Positions 14,319 through 28,350 of a DNA stretch of 64,000 nucleotides are shown here, in pieces. Source of the stretch: Rotaria socialis (taxonomy: Eukaryota); contig CAJNYD010000214.1 in the NCBI GenBank assembly GCA_905331295.1, positions 1-64,000 on the forward strand. The letters run 5' to 3'. The first letter of the stretch is position 1, and each line of letters starts with the position of its first letter. Position numbers and translations under genes: made by a program. Under the pieces are notes generated by a model, which ran no database searches, was not told where the DNA came from, and was given only the letters and a program-made list of their open reading frames with translations.

Positions 14319-16244
14319 NCCCAAAAAAAAGAAGAACTTTAAACTTTCTGAATCGTGAACGCTGATGGCAAGGATTTGATTCTTCTTCAGGTAGAGAAGA
14401 ACTTCATTCGTTTTTCTCCTTCAGAAAAAAAATATCTCAACGAAAGATACAATGTTAGATGTCAAAAGGCCGCTGATTTGGTTTAGTAATTTTAATCATG
14501 TATTTTTTTAGATTTTACAATCATCGTCATGCATGCATCCCAACAAACTTACTAAATTATCCTACATGTGACATCACATAGAAACAAGAAGTTTCATTTG
14601 TTAGGAAGAAAAAGAATTTCTAATATTGGAAAATCAGTGTCTGTAACGTAAGTCTATCAGTCTAGGGTTGTTGCTACACGGTAAGCATTCATTTCAGCTA
14701 TATTTGTCTGCAAAAGTATTAAAGTCTACACAATTTATTTAAAATTTGCTAGCGGCAGTTCTTGTTTCAATAAAGAATTCATCTTAATCTTACTTTGAAA
14801 CAAAACCTCCACCAATGGGTAATGCTTCACGAATAGATGATTGTTCATTAAGAGATGTAACAACTTGTTGCCATATTGTATTCGCATCTAAACTTGTTCT
14901 ATTAGGATTCAGATTAAAAATTTCTAGAAAGCAAAAAAAAAGAAAATTAGAATCGAATCTTTCGGCGTAAGATATTTATACCAATTGTCTTTTTTTTAAT
15001 TTCAGTATTTAATGTTTCATCTTTTTCTTTCCATTCTGGAGTTGGTACAGGTGCAGTTTTAAAAGCTATTATAATTAAACTCATATTGTCTTTGCTACCC
15101 TGAAAAAGAAAATTTCAATAGAGATATAATTTAAAAATCTGATATTTGCTTTCGAAACCTACTTTATACAAGCACATATCAAGTACTGAATTACAAATTT
15201 CATTAAGATCATCTGTAACATGCATACGACCAAGTATATATGCAGCTAGCTCTTCATTTGTCATAACATCCCATATGCCATCACAAGCCAATACAATAAA
15301 AGCAATCTGTTCCTCTTGCTTGTTAGAATCAATTGTTAAAGTACGTGAATGACATGTGACTTCTGGTTCTGGTGAAACAAGCTGTTGATCAGGACGACGA
15401 TTTGAATTATTTTTATATTCAAAATCACCAAGTGCACGTGACACAGCCAATGAACCATTGACACGTTGAATCAAAACAGTACCGCCGGCATCTTGAATTC
15501 GTTGACGTTCAACTTGATCACCTAAGATAATAAAAGGATTCACTTTTTTTTTTTATTAATAAATCAAAATTTTCTACTTGGTTTATGATCTTTTGTAGCA
15601 AGAAGAACTCGACCTTCACTTGACACCAGTATAGCACGTGAATCACCAACGTTTAAAAAATAAACTCGTTCTGCATCAATTAAACAGGATATAGCTGTTG
15701 AACCACTTTTATCATCTATAAGTAAGCGATACTTTGTTGTATTTTTTTTTCTGCTTAAATTTCGGTAGTTTCATACCTTGATTGTTATTTCGATTTTCTT
15801 CTCTCCATTCATGATCAAATTTAAAATAAGCATCTTTAATAGCCGTTTCAAATTTCGAAAAGTCAAGTTGAGATGAGATTACTTTCGATGGAACTGTTTC
15901 ATTGGCATTATCAGCTACTAATGCATTAAGCGATGATAGAATTTGCAAATGAAGTTTTTCAGCCGCTTTCACTGCTGTACGATATCCTGCATGGCCATCA
16001 AATACGCCAAAATACGACCAACGCGACCAACTATTATCATCTAATGTCAATATAGTGGCATGTGCATCTTCCATATCGACACTATATATATATTTTCATA
16101 AAAATAATTAAAACATAACGAAGATGCCTTTCTTTTTCTAGTTTACCGCCATCCTTGCATAGATCCAAGACCATAGCGAATGTCATCGTTTTTGCCTCGA
16201 CTATTGTGTTTTTCAACTTTAGGTTTTTCCAAAAATTGGCCCAT
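12638..16244 (-). CDS. PPM1A/B: PP2C/PPM1A-B-type Mg/Mn-dependent protein phosphatase
   Basis: [12 protein letters not shown] (Gly2 myristoylation-type N-terminus), [48 protein letters not shown] and C-terminal [11 protein letters not shown]. Last exons 14093-14165 and 12638-12757. Confidence 0.93.
13261..13928. repeat. ~84 bp inverted repeat (13261-13344 / 13791-13874) plus ~58 bp direct repeat (13729-13786 / 13871-13928) flanking an N at 13787
   Basis: Read directly from the sequence. Each pair differs by about one substitution. The inverted pair contains a (TGT)n microsatellite. Confidence 0.92.
14237..14319. other. Poly-G run (~82 nt) ending at an N, likely sequencing/assembly artefact
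   Basis: Homopolymer G abutting a gap base in very AT-rich DNA, typical of two-colour Illumina no-signal reads. Confidence 0.85.
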
Positions 16245-18053
16245 GGATCTAATTGAAAATGAATAGCTACAATTAATTTATAAAAAAAAATGACAACAAA
16301 AAGCTCAATTTATCACGAATAACATATAAATAAAAATATCAACAAACTTGGTACTATCAGCAATTGAAACATTTTCAAATGATAATGATTCATGGTAATA
16401 AAGCGATCTCTGAACCGCTGCTGAGACGAACTTAATAAAACGTTGTCGACAAGTTTTAAATACTTTTTTACTCATATATACAATATGTCATATGATTACG
16501 CTTTTTTCCTCCTTCCATCGTCAAATCACATATATTGACATATTTATTTTTGATTATTGTCTTTAGATATGATCGGCAGCACCTGATTCACCACACACTC
16601 GAGACTACTAACAAAGGCCAATTATAAAAAGCCACTTTGTTCGTAAAGACGATGGAGTAAAAGAAAAGCCTTCTTTAAGATAAGTCGAAATTATAATCGA
16701 TCTTATACTGATGTATATTTTTATATACTCATCGGTTTCGAATTACCGGAAGAATAACAGTTGCGATATGTTGACAAATCAATACAAACACAAGTGAGCA
16801 GGTCTATTGTTTGTTAATGATCAAAATTACTTACTGATTTATTTATTATCACCAAAGGCACGCAGATTCACACTCTCACACACTCGTCTTAGTTTAATGC
16901 TAATGAATGAGTGATCTAGAAAAATTAAAATTAAAATTTTCTATTTTTTATTATTATTATAGATATTCTAAAAAATTCTTACGTGTAAGGAAAAATACCC
17001 TGAAGGATAATTAAAACCGAAGGAGCATAGTTTTAATTCTAAAACTAAAGATAAAATTGTGATTCATAAAATTTAGCATATTTTAGAAAGAAAATTGTTT
17101 TTCTGTTTCAACAAATTTTTAAATAATCAGAGCTTCAATAACTACTTTGGAGATTGTTGGTCTTTTCAAAGCATAGGTTTAAAGTGTAAATAGTAGAGTA
17201 TAACTGGCTCAATATCGATTAAAATGGGTTGTTTATGTAGCTATTTAAAGTTTTCTACGATTTACTTTTGAAGTTACAAATCGTCATTTGTTGTATCGAT
17301 TAAGCAATTTCTAAACATAGACGTTGTAGGGATTATTTCAGATCTTGTAGAAAAATATCAAGGATGGAAGCTAATCTATGATAATCGTAATATCTTCTGT
17401 AATTGCTTTTTTCAGAGGGTCTACAAGCACTTAATCGAAAAAGAAACAAGACTAATCGTTCGTCGAAAAGCGTTTTCTAATCGAATCCTATTGAAATCAT
17501 TCAAGCGAAGAAATGTTTCACAAACGAAAATGATTAATAATGATGATGATCGTAAAAGTTAAAAATATGATTTCTAATTTTTTTTTCTGTTGATTCGTTC
17601 ATTATTTTTTATTTGCTTGTTGTCATCGCCATTGAAAATACATGTTTGTTCTCCGTGTCGTCACAGATGTGTTTTTATTGGATAAAAATTTGATCGTTTC
17701 TACTAGGCAGTAGATGGCATCTCGAATTAACAGGCAATTTTTTTTATCTGACGGTACAGCTACAATATCGAACTTTTATTGTTTTCGTATGATAACGTGA
17801 GAGTATCACAACAAGCCTACGTGATTAGTTGTCAAGATGAAGATATTTAACGAAGAATGAAGAAAAAGGACTAGACGATTGGTGGAGAATATAAATATTT
17901 TTCTTTGTATAGATTACTATAACGAATTTCGCTGCCTTAAACAAACTTTCGATAAATGTACCATTAAACTGGTGAGAATAAAGCGAAATTCAGCAGGTGA
18001 TTGTTTTGTCAATTCTATTATATTATTTTTAGAAATTTATCGCTTCAAGGAGT

Positions 18054-21000
18054 ATGTCTACTTTGAAAGTCGTTCTATTGACAGATTCTGATTCTCTTAA
18101 TCAAAATATACCATTACCATATAAATATTACGGAAAAAAATTATGGGAAACAGTTCAAAATATTGTTACAGAGCTTAATTATCCTTGTGAAATAGTTGAA
18201 TTAGATAAACTTGATTTTCAAGAACATGAATCTGTTAATAAATTTCTCAATGCTGATATTGTTATTATGGTTCGATAAAGTTTAATTTTGTCAACAAAAA
18301 CAAATATATTGTTAAATAATCCATTTTCTAGGATGTTACGAATCAAGATCGTCGACCCACATTTATGTATCATAAGGCCAATCGTGAAAGTGTAGATTGC
18401 ATGGATGATATTGTATTAATTCAGGCTAGTAATGTTGAAAATGACAATGCCATTCAAGATCTGAAAGTAAACATAAGTCTAATTGAGTTTTTTTTATTAA
18501 AAAAAAAACGAATGAAAATTATTTTTCAGACAACATGTAAAATAAAACAAATTATCGTTTATCGATATGATGAAGAAAAAAATGTTTTCTATGATCTAAC
18601 AACGCAAACATCAAATACGTCAACATTACTTAAAACGAATTTAAAATGCTTCTTCATTGAAACGGCTAATAATTTACAGTAAGACTTTTCTGTTTTTATT
18701 AAAAATTAAAGTCCTATTAATTCAATGTCTATAGTCACGGTCTTGCTACTCGATATTTGAATCGTTTAGAAAAACGTAAAAATGAAGTTCATGACACAAC
18801 TGCTGAACGTATTGTAAGTTTCATTGATCTCTGATTTTTCTTCAAAATGTAAAAAATTTGAATATTCGTTGTTTTTCTTCTGGAAGTATTTATGGAAAGA
18901 AATCTGTGATGAAATATTAACAGAAACAAATCAAAGATATGCTACGCCAAAGTTAATAACAAAATTGATGTATGCTTTTCGAGATATACAAGTAAAATTT
19001 AAAATTGTTCTATTGAGATTTCGTTTTTGATTTTGATTTTAATCTGACTTGAAGGATTATCAATCGATGATAGAATTAACTGAACGTTGCGAAAAATATG
19101 AAATAATTTCAAAGAAAATTAAAACTAATATGATGATCTCCTATTTAACAGCATTTGCTCGTAGTCGGTAAATAGATAATTTTCTTTCTTCAGAAACAAA
19201 CAAATGATTGGTCTTATTATTTTTTTTTCAGACGAAATCAAGATAATGATCGTGAGAAAGCACTGGAAATTCTTGAAAGATTATGCCAAACGAAAAAAAC
19301 AGAAAGTGAATTATCAAATGACATCATTTGTTTATGTGGAAGAATTTATAAAGATAAATATACTGAATCAAATTGTCAAGATAAAGATTCATTAGAAAAA
19401 GCTATTGAATGGTATCGAAGAGGTTTTGCTGCTGATCCTAATATATAGTAAGATAATTAAAACAAAACAAAAAAAGAAAGAACTTTATTTTTCATCATAT
19501 ATTCATTGTTATAGTGCTGGCATTAATCTACTATTTCTTTTGGCAATTACAACTGATGATCTATACAAGAATAATGAAGCATATAAAATTAGTAGGTTGA
19601 CTGAATAACATTAGATAGTGTAGCTACTATAGTATCCATAGAATAACAGGGGCAGAGTTAAAGCAAACATTGAATGTGTCATTTTCTACGAGATTTTAGG
19701 AAGAAAAAAGATCGTAATCAAAATTGATGGTTAGAGTCAATGAATTGATTAGATATCAAATCATAATTAAATCATTTTAAGCGTTGCTATTGTCTACGAA
19801 AAAATAACTATCAAGCAGTTGTATGTACATATATTTATTGACAAAGAAATCTGATAAGCTGAGCAAACAAGTTCACTTCGATTAAGCATGAACGAGCTTA
19901 CAAGTGTGCGACATCTCAATCAGATTGATACATCGGATATAACTATATAGAAATCTGTTATAGCTGGTTTACATTCAGTGTTTTTGCACTAGTTATCAAA
20001 TTTTTTTTTCTTTTTATCTCGGACAGGATACTTGTGAAAAATTTGACCCTTGAACTTTCTCTCGTAGGAAGATTTCGTTAGTTTCAGAGTATCGGGCAAA
20101 TGTCAAATCTACAGCGATTTATTCTTCTTGATTTATAGAATGTTGAAAGTAAAACGGTATTTTTCTACTTTTCATATGACATTTAATCGCTGTCAGATAT
20201 TTGATCCCTAAAGAAAAATACATCCATTAAGCTTCAGAACATGGATAGGTCAACAACAATCACTTTTCGAGCTCAATTTTAACTCGGAATATTGAAATTT
20301 GAATTTATCATGCTAAAAATAGAAAACAAATAATGACTAAACTCTTAATGCCTGGACACGAAGAAAGAATGAATTAATCACAGACCTTCACCTTTAATGA
20401 GTCATATATTCAAATTTACACGATAGAGATGAGGCTTCCATGATATACACAAAAATAAAAAGAATACTTCTATTGAACCGATACTGAATGTATTGCTTTC
20501 AATGTATAAAATCGATCCTTTTTTTTCGCAGTTATTCAACTGAACGCATTACTTGGCAAGAAATGTCGTTCTTTAAAAGATTTAACTGATTATTGGGATG
20601 TAGCAACGTTTTTCGAACTACATGTTGTTCAACGTGATTGGCCAAAAGCCTGTCTAGCAGCATTACATATGTATAAGCTTAATCCTCCTATATGGTATTT
20701 AAAATCTACAATAAATAATTTGAAAATTCTTCATCAAGCAACGCGTCTACGTGCTCAACAAAGATTGCAACGTGAACAATCGCAAATAATATCTGCTGAT
20801 GAAAATGTTTATAGTTTCTGGATAGACTTCTTTAGTGATGCTATTGATTCTAGTTATACATCACCTACAGAAAACGAATTACCTGCGCAAGTACCAGTAG
20901 GTTTTCTAAAACTAGCCAAAGAAATTTCTTCTATAAAATCAAGTTTCTTTCTTTTGTCGAATCTAGATTCTTGTTTGTGATAATTATGAAAAAACTGATG

Positions 21001-24000
21001 GAGCGACTATGAAGAATATTTATGTAGAAGCTTATTTACAATTAAATTTTCATACGGGTAGTGAACCTGAAACACTGGTTATACGTATACTTGAACAACA
21101 AAAGCAAACACGTGTAGGTGATCTTGTAAAAATAATTGAAATGGATTCGATTCGATCAATTATGTAAGATTTTATGCGTTGAAATAAAATTCATTTACTA
21201 ATTTTTTGTTTGTTTTAAGAAATGTTAAGCGCGATAATCGGTCCATTTTTTTGTATTCATATGAAAATTCTGCCACATTCTCATCTGTTGAACTTCAAAT
21301 TTATTTTGCCTCAGCTGAAAGACGCACAGCGTAGGTTTAACTATTGGAAAAATAGATAATCTCACATTTTTCGATGATTTTTTTTTCTTAAACTTAGGTT
21401 CAATGGGAAAATGTCGAAATATCGTGTGGAAACAAATATATCCGAGGCTAAAGAAGAATTGGGTGTAAGTGATAAATATATTTGCTGTAGAAATATTTCG
21501 CATTTAAAAGCGAAAAATCAACTTTCCTAGTATTTCTCAAAGAGATATTCACATTTTATAAAAATAATTATATTAAAAAAGTTCGATAGGCGTCTAACAA
21601 TTAGATGAATGTCTGTGTTCTTTTGAGAATTACGAGTGAAATCATTTTATGAGTTAGGCGATTTTCGTTCGTTTTTTTTTAATACGATTTAGATCTTATT
21701 AGATTTTAATTCATTTAAAAAAATAGCAAACTTTTAATTCTTAGTGTTATTCGCTTACGTTTCTCAATTCTTTTTGAATAGGTCTACCTTCAGTAATAGT
21801 TTTTCTGAAGGCTACTCTGTGGTTTCATATCGCGATAGGATTTCAGGACAGATCATTAGAATAGTTCGCTTGAATGCTCAATTCTGATTTTGAAAAATCA
21901 TTTCTCTTTTAAGAAACTATCGTATTCTTTCATCTATTGTACAGCACATCGATGTATTCTTGAGCAGACGATACTCGCACTATCATCAATAAGGTTGATT
22001 TCAACTAATATAAAATTCTTAATTGATTCTAGCTTGAATTTGATCTCGATCAACGAGGCCAACGTATTGCTCTTGGTCAAGGTACTTATGGAAAAGTATA
22101 TCTCGCACAAGATCATATAACATATAAAAAATTTGCTGTCAAAGAAATTCCAATGCGTAATCCATCTTTTACGGAAGTACTCGAAAATGAAATAAAAATA
22201 TTATCAACACTCAATCATAAAAATAGTATGCGAATTATTTTCTAAATAGATAATTATTTATTCTTGTTCTACTACTAGTTGTGAGTTATTATGGTACGGC
22301 TATTGATTCGAAAAAGAAACCTCCAATATTTCAAGTCATTATGGAATATGTTGATGGGTGAGGAAAAAGAATACCAATTATTTCTTCTATATGGAAATCC
22401 TTGTTAATTTTATTTTTCAATTCTAGCGGCAGTCTTTCAAAACATCTTGCAAAATTTGGTCAATTTCCTGAAGCATCTATTAGAAATTATACTCGACAAC
22501 TTCTCGAAGGTTTACAATATCTACATGAAAATCATATTCTACATCGAGATATTAAATCAGCTAATATTTTAATTAATTCAAGAGGGTAATTAAAATAGGA
22601 TCATTTAATAAATACCTGTCTATGTTTTGCAAAGAGAAATCAAAATTGCTGACTTTGGTACATCAAGACGTCTTGCTGGTCTTCATCGTTGTACCGAAGA
22701 GACTGTTGGTAAGATAATATATGCGTAAATAATACCAAATAAAAAGTTACTATTTCAGGAACTCTGGACTACATGTGTCCTGATGTTATTCTTGTACCTC
22801 CAATTGGTTATGGACCGGAAGTAAACAATTCACGATACCAATAATAATAATTCGATTTGCTTTGTTTTTTCTTTAAGGTTGATATTTGGAGTGTTGGATG
22901 TACAGTCATTGAAATGGCAACTGGTAAACGACCATTTCACAATATAGCAACTCATTATGCATTGTTGTTTAAACTTGGCAATGATAAACAACCACCTGAC
23001 ATCCCATCTGAATTATCTGACATAACTAAAGATTTTCTAGCCAAGTAATTTAGTTGACATGAATAACACATCTTCTATTTTTGCCTGTTTAGATGCTTCG
23101 AACCAACACAGAAACGCCCGTCAGCTAAAGATTTATTAAGTCATCCATTTTGCAAGTATGCTTTTTTCATTTTGGAATGTACCTATTTACATACCAACAA
23201 AGATAAATGAAAATTAATTGATGCATATCATTAGGGTAGTTTTCATTAGTCAGCAGGATTAAATCAAACAGAAAAGAAACAGTGAGAATTTTTTGTACTT
23301 TGTCCTCTCAATAGATAAGTGACTCACAACATTTTGACTCATGTAAAAGATAAATTTAGTCCATTGATGATTATCTGATAAAAAAAAGGAATGATAAGTA
23401 TAATACGTAAGAATGAGTTCATGAACAAAAAATGGTTCGACTTGTTGCTAGTGTCTAGATTTACTGTAGTTAATATGGAATTTTGTAGTTCGTCATACTG
23501 TTGTGATTACCAATAAATATTTAGTTGATTTGCATCGATGGTATATCTGCATGCTAGGGAACATTTAGAAAATTATGAGGTACGGTAAAACTTACTTGTT
23601 TCTTGAAACAGTATATTGAAAATATGAAACAAACGACAAAATCCTTACGATGAGTTAATAGTGAATTTATGAAACTTTTATTCGTTCAAACTTCAGTATT
23701 TTCGGTTAGGGTAAATTCAAACTAGAGAAAATTTGAATAGAATACTTGCTGTTTAGATTGATTTAGTCGATTCACACTAGTGCTTTTATATTTGATAGTC
23801 ATGAATCGTCCAGCTACATTTCTTAATTTCAGTTTCAATTGTGGTCCAAAGTAAAAAGATCGGGAATAAAATGTCGACTTTTTTTATTTAGGGCCGGAAT
23901 GGAGTTTATTCTTTTTCTGTTCCATTCTCTCTCTGTTTGGTGTCATAAAATTCTTGACATTGGACTGATATTATGTGTCATCAAGGTCTTATCATATCGA

Positions 24001-26308
24001 TTTCTATTTCCAATAATTTGGCTGTTAGTCACAATGAAAACGTTTGCTCATAATCGATTATGAAATATGTTTTATTCTATTTTCTATACGTTAAATTAGG
24101 CGTCGGGTACATAGTTCACAGGTTGATGGTTAAAAAAATCAAATCAACTTGAATTTTCTTATCAAATATTTTACTTTATCGATCCGATTCATTTTCAACT
24201 TGTTTAAATTGTTTTTATAAATCATTATTTCTATGAAAGAATTGAATAGTCTATAATAATTTACTGATGAAGTTTTTAGACATCTACGCTGAACAATCGA
24301 TATGATTGTATGATGTTTTATCTTGTAATTCGATATGAATTTTTTCGTTTAGATTAAAAACTGGATTAGCACGAGAAACAAGTACCAGTAAGTATTTGTT
24401 GTTTTTTCTGAAGATTTGCAAATAAATCGAGTAAATATTTTTCGTTTTTCTTATTAAGATCATAATGGTGACCGAATTGAAGGGTACGACTTTTTCCGAT
24501 GATTTTGAGTCATGTCAATTTTTTAAATTTTATTTTATAGTGCAATACGTCTATCAGAATCTTCGCCTTGTCTACAACGAAGTACAAGCGACGAGCCTGG
24601 AATGCTTTTTGAGTAAGAATTAAAACTCTATTGTGTTCAGTCACTTTTGTATGCTGTTTTTTATTCTTAGACCAGCTCGTGATTTAACAGCTCAAGTATC
24701 AATTGATGATCGTCGTCGGTATGAATTAGCAAATATTTTACGTGACAATGACAACAAAGAAGCTGTAAGAATAAACGAACTACTCAATTGACTCGAATTG
24801 AAACTTTTTTATTTCTTAGCTTATTGGTCAATGGATGTCTTTAATAGAAGAAAAAAGTGAAACAGAACTTTTAAATATAGTAATTACATTTAGTTTATTC
24901 TAATAAAATATACATTGTTATGAATTATTTAGGACAAACTTTTAATTTTACTAACTGGTATTCTTGATTTCTTGGATCAAGGATGTGTAGAAGTATTAGA
25001 AAATGCGTTAGGTAACAGAAAAAACAACAATGTTCGGAAATATTTATTTATTTAAATCAATTATTTAGACAACATTTGTGATAGAACGAATATGGATAGC
25101 GATATTCGTATTGATTTGGAACGATCATTTTATCTCTTTATAAAAGCTGTATGATTGTCTGCTGAATTAAATGAAAAGCATATTTTTATTAAATTTCTTT
25201 AAGGCAAACAATGTTCTTTCATCAAGAAATATTCTACCTCCACATGTTTTATTTGCACTTGATAATATCATACGTCGTGTTGCTGAAAATCTTGTTGGTC
25301 TTATTCGATCAGGTTTATTTTCTCTATCAATATGAAATATTGATAAATATCTTTTCTTGTCTATGCATTACAGATTTTATTCCTGCTGTAAATAATCTAG
25401 CACCATTAACATCAAGTACTGATTTATTAACTGACATCTCACGTTCACGTACACCATCAAGTAGCAGTTTTGATGGCTTGATAAATGATGAAACATCACG
25501 TTTACATCACCAATATAAAAAGCTTGCTGAGAAAAATCGCGAGTAACTATTATGAAATATTCAAAAAAACAGTATATCTTATAAACAATTTTTCTTCAAG
25601 GCAAATTCAACGATTGATTAAAATCGAATCGAATAATTCTATTGATTTAACTAACTTGATAAACAATCAACGAAATAGCACAACAAGGTAAGTTTTCAAA
25701 AAACAAAAAAACTGAGAGTTGTTGAGGAAAGAAATCTTATCCTGAGATTTTTAAATATATTCATATGTATTCAGTCGCCATTCAATCTTTCGACAAGCGT
25801 TTTATTTTATTGGAAGCACGATCAGGTCAGATAGTTTATCATGACTGTTACAATTTTGTCCTGTATTCAATGTTGATCTTTGCTTCCCTAGACTTCATTA
25901 TCTATCTATTTTGATTGTTAACAGATACTATGTTTTTTACTTTTTATTTTTAGTAAAATAAAGGATTTTTTCTTACCTACAGAACTACCTGGAATCAGTG
26001 AAAATACGGTGAGTTTATTGTTTAATTATTTGTTATCTGAATTCATTTTTTTTTTAAATTAAGAGTTGTCCCAATTCACCGGCTTCAACTTCAGCTCAAC
26101 GAACAAATGGAGTTCATAACCCATGGACTCCAAGAGGAATAAAGTAATTCTTATAAACATAGCTTCTGTTTCTTTTTGAAAATAATTATATTCTATATCG
26201 TTTTTTAGACGCTCACGTGCAATTCTCGAACTTGAACAAGAACACGAACGATTATTGAACGATATTACTGATAATCGTACTCGTATCAACGAACTACTTC
26301 ATGGATAG
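18054..26308 (+). CDS. ASK-family MAP3K (MAP3K5/6/15-like)
   Basis: N-terminal ASK regulatory region (LDKLDFQE...[52 protein letters not shown]) and PH-like region. Kinase motifs [51 protein letters not shown]. Coiled-coil-like C-terminus. Many short introns. Confidence 0.92.
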
Positions 26309-28350
26309 AACAATATCATGACATTTCTATCGTTTTTTTTTGTGATAAATGCAAATTTCTATTCTGTACATGTGGTTTTCTATAACCTATCGAAAATATG
26401 TTTGATCAAATTTTCTTTGCTGTTCAAAAACAGTTCTTGTTTTACTTAAACTTTCTGTAACTAATCTTGATCGGTCTTTCAATTTTTCAATTCGAAAAGT
26501 TTCAACAATGAACTGTTTTAGTTCTCAATTGTATGTAGATAGTTTTTTTACTGCTTAGAAGCCAGCAAAAATTTCGGATTAATGTTCTTAGTCATTTTTC
26601 CCTTTTCAAATGTAGTTCTATATTTGTAAAGTCTAGTTTCCATCGATTTTGATAGAAATATATGCATGAATTTTCATCGTCCATAACGTTTTTCAAAAGA
26701 CCACGATATACAGATTATAACTGCAATATTATCCATTAGGGATGTGGCTGAGTAAGGCTTCACAATTGAGCAGGTGCTTTTGTAACGAACTGAAAAAGTT
26801 TGAAATCGATTTCAAACGTTATGACAGAAGTTTCTATTCTGAACTTTTCAGATTATTTTTTCCGTTGAGTTTGCAAAGTATTCAGATTGTTCAATAAAAT
26901 ACCGTTACATACCATTTTTATTAGAGATGATGTTTTGTAAAGGTTAACATTTTTGAAAAGCGATCGATTTACATTATAGAACAACCAGACAAAAAGACGA
27001 AGGCTATGTTGGTTGCTTTTGCACATTAATTCCCAAAATAAATAGCAAAAAACATATTCTAAACCCACCACTGACGAGCTCTGTTTGGTTTTTATTCTTA
27101 TATATCAATTTTATTTGCTTTAAAATAGTAGTTTTACACAAAACAAAAAGATAGGGATTTATAAAAAAAATGCTCGAATTTCAATTTGTTGACAATATCT
27201 GATCGATGGTATTTATTTAAATCAAAACATAGTTTTATTATTTTCATCGATAATAACTCGGCTTCAAAACATATCGTTATCATTCTAAATTGTTGCATTG
27301 ACAAAATAACGAGGAAGTTAAAAAAATCAGATAAAATTCAATGAGTTTATTGTAGCACCTAAACTTGCGCCTAAATCTGTTGAAAACATATGGGTGGTGC
27401 CAACCGAACAATCTTCTTCTTATACAACTTCGATTTGGGTGCTGTTATAACTGAGTTTCATCACACTATGTTTCATTTTAGAACAGCTGGCAGCTCTCAC
27501 AGGTTAATATTTATTTCGATGCTATGCTTCAATAATTTTACGCGCTTCTATTTTGTTTTTCAGTTGTATACATACAGTCAATCATAGCAATCATCAGTTT
27601 CAGATGCGCTAGTTGGTATTCTCATAGATTAACATCTACTGGGTACAAATAGAGGGCAGATGCATGCATCAACTTGTTTTCAAAAACTATGCTTTGGCAA
27701 GGATAAAGATAATTTTGAAAAATCAATAATTGATTTAACTTGAATCTAAAATATTTGAGCGGTGGTTAGTCTCATGCGTGTCGTTGATTCTTATATTTTC
27801 TGAGAGTGAACCTCTTATTTAAATTTTGACTCGTACCATATACGATGTACAATCTTAGAGATACAACACCGAACTGCGCAAGATTGTCTCATATTTCGTT
27901 TTTATGAACCCTAATTGTAAATGCAATTTTGTTACTCAACTGTTTATTTACGATATCATAAACCATGCTATAGTGTAGCTGATGGTCCCTACCAATTTAT
28001 CAGATGTTATATGGATATGAACTACACAGCAAAAACTTTATTTGAAGATCTTAATTTATATATATATATAAAGTTGAAGAGATGACTCAACATATGCATA
28101 GAAAAAAATGATTTTTATTGTCGCTCAATGTGGAAACAACAATCGTACAGAGCTTGAAAAATTACGATAAATATATTGTTGATCTTTATTATTGCAATTA
28201 GAATTAAAAAAATAAATACATAGTACTGTTTTGCGTAATATTATCCGGCGCAGGGTTGGAAACATTGAATTTTATTTAAAATACAATAAAAAAATTTTAA
28301 AATAGAAGTTCATCTTAGTTCACCATCACATCTAATGAAATACTATTGTT

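Noticed and set aside
14237..14319. Long G tract as a G-quadruplex or regulatory element
   Set aside because: Ends at an N and is typical of a sequencing artefact. True length unknown.
26738..26800. tRNA/SINE-like start GGATGTGGCTGAGTAAGG
   Set aside because: No T-arm (GTTCRA) or acceptor stem pairing seen.
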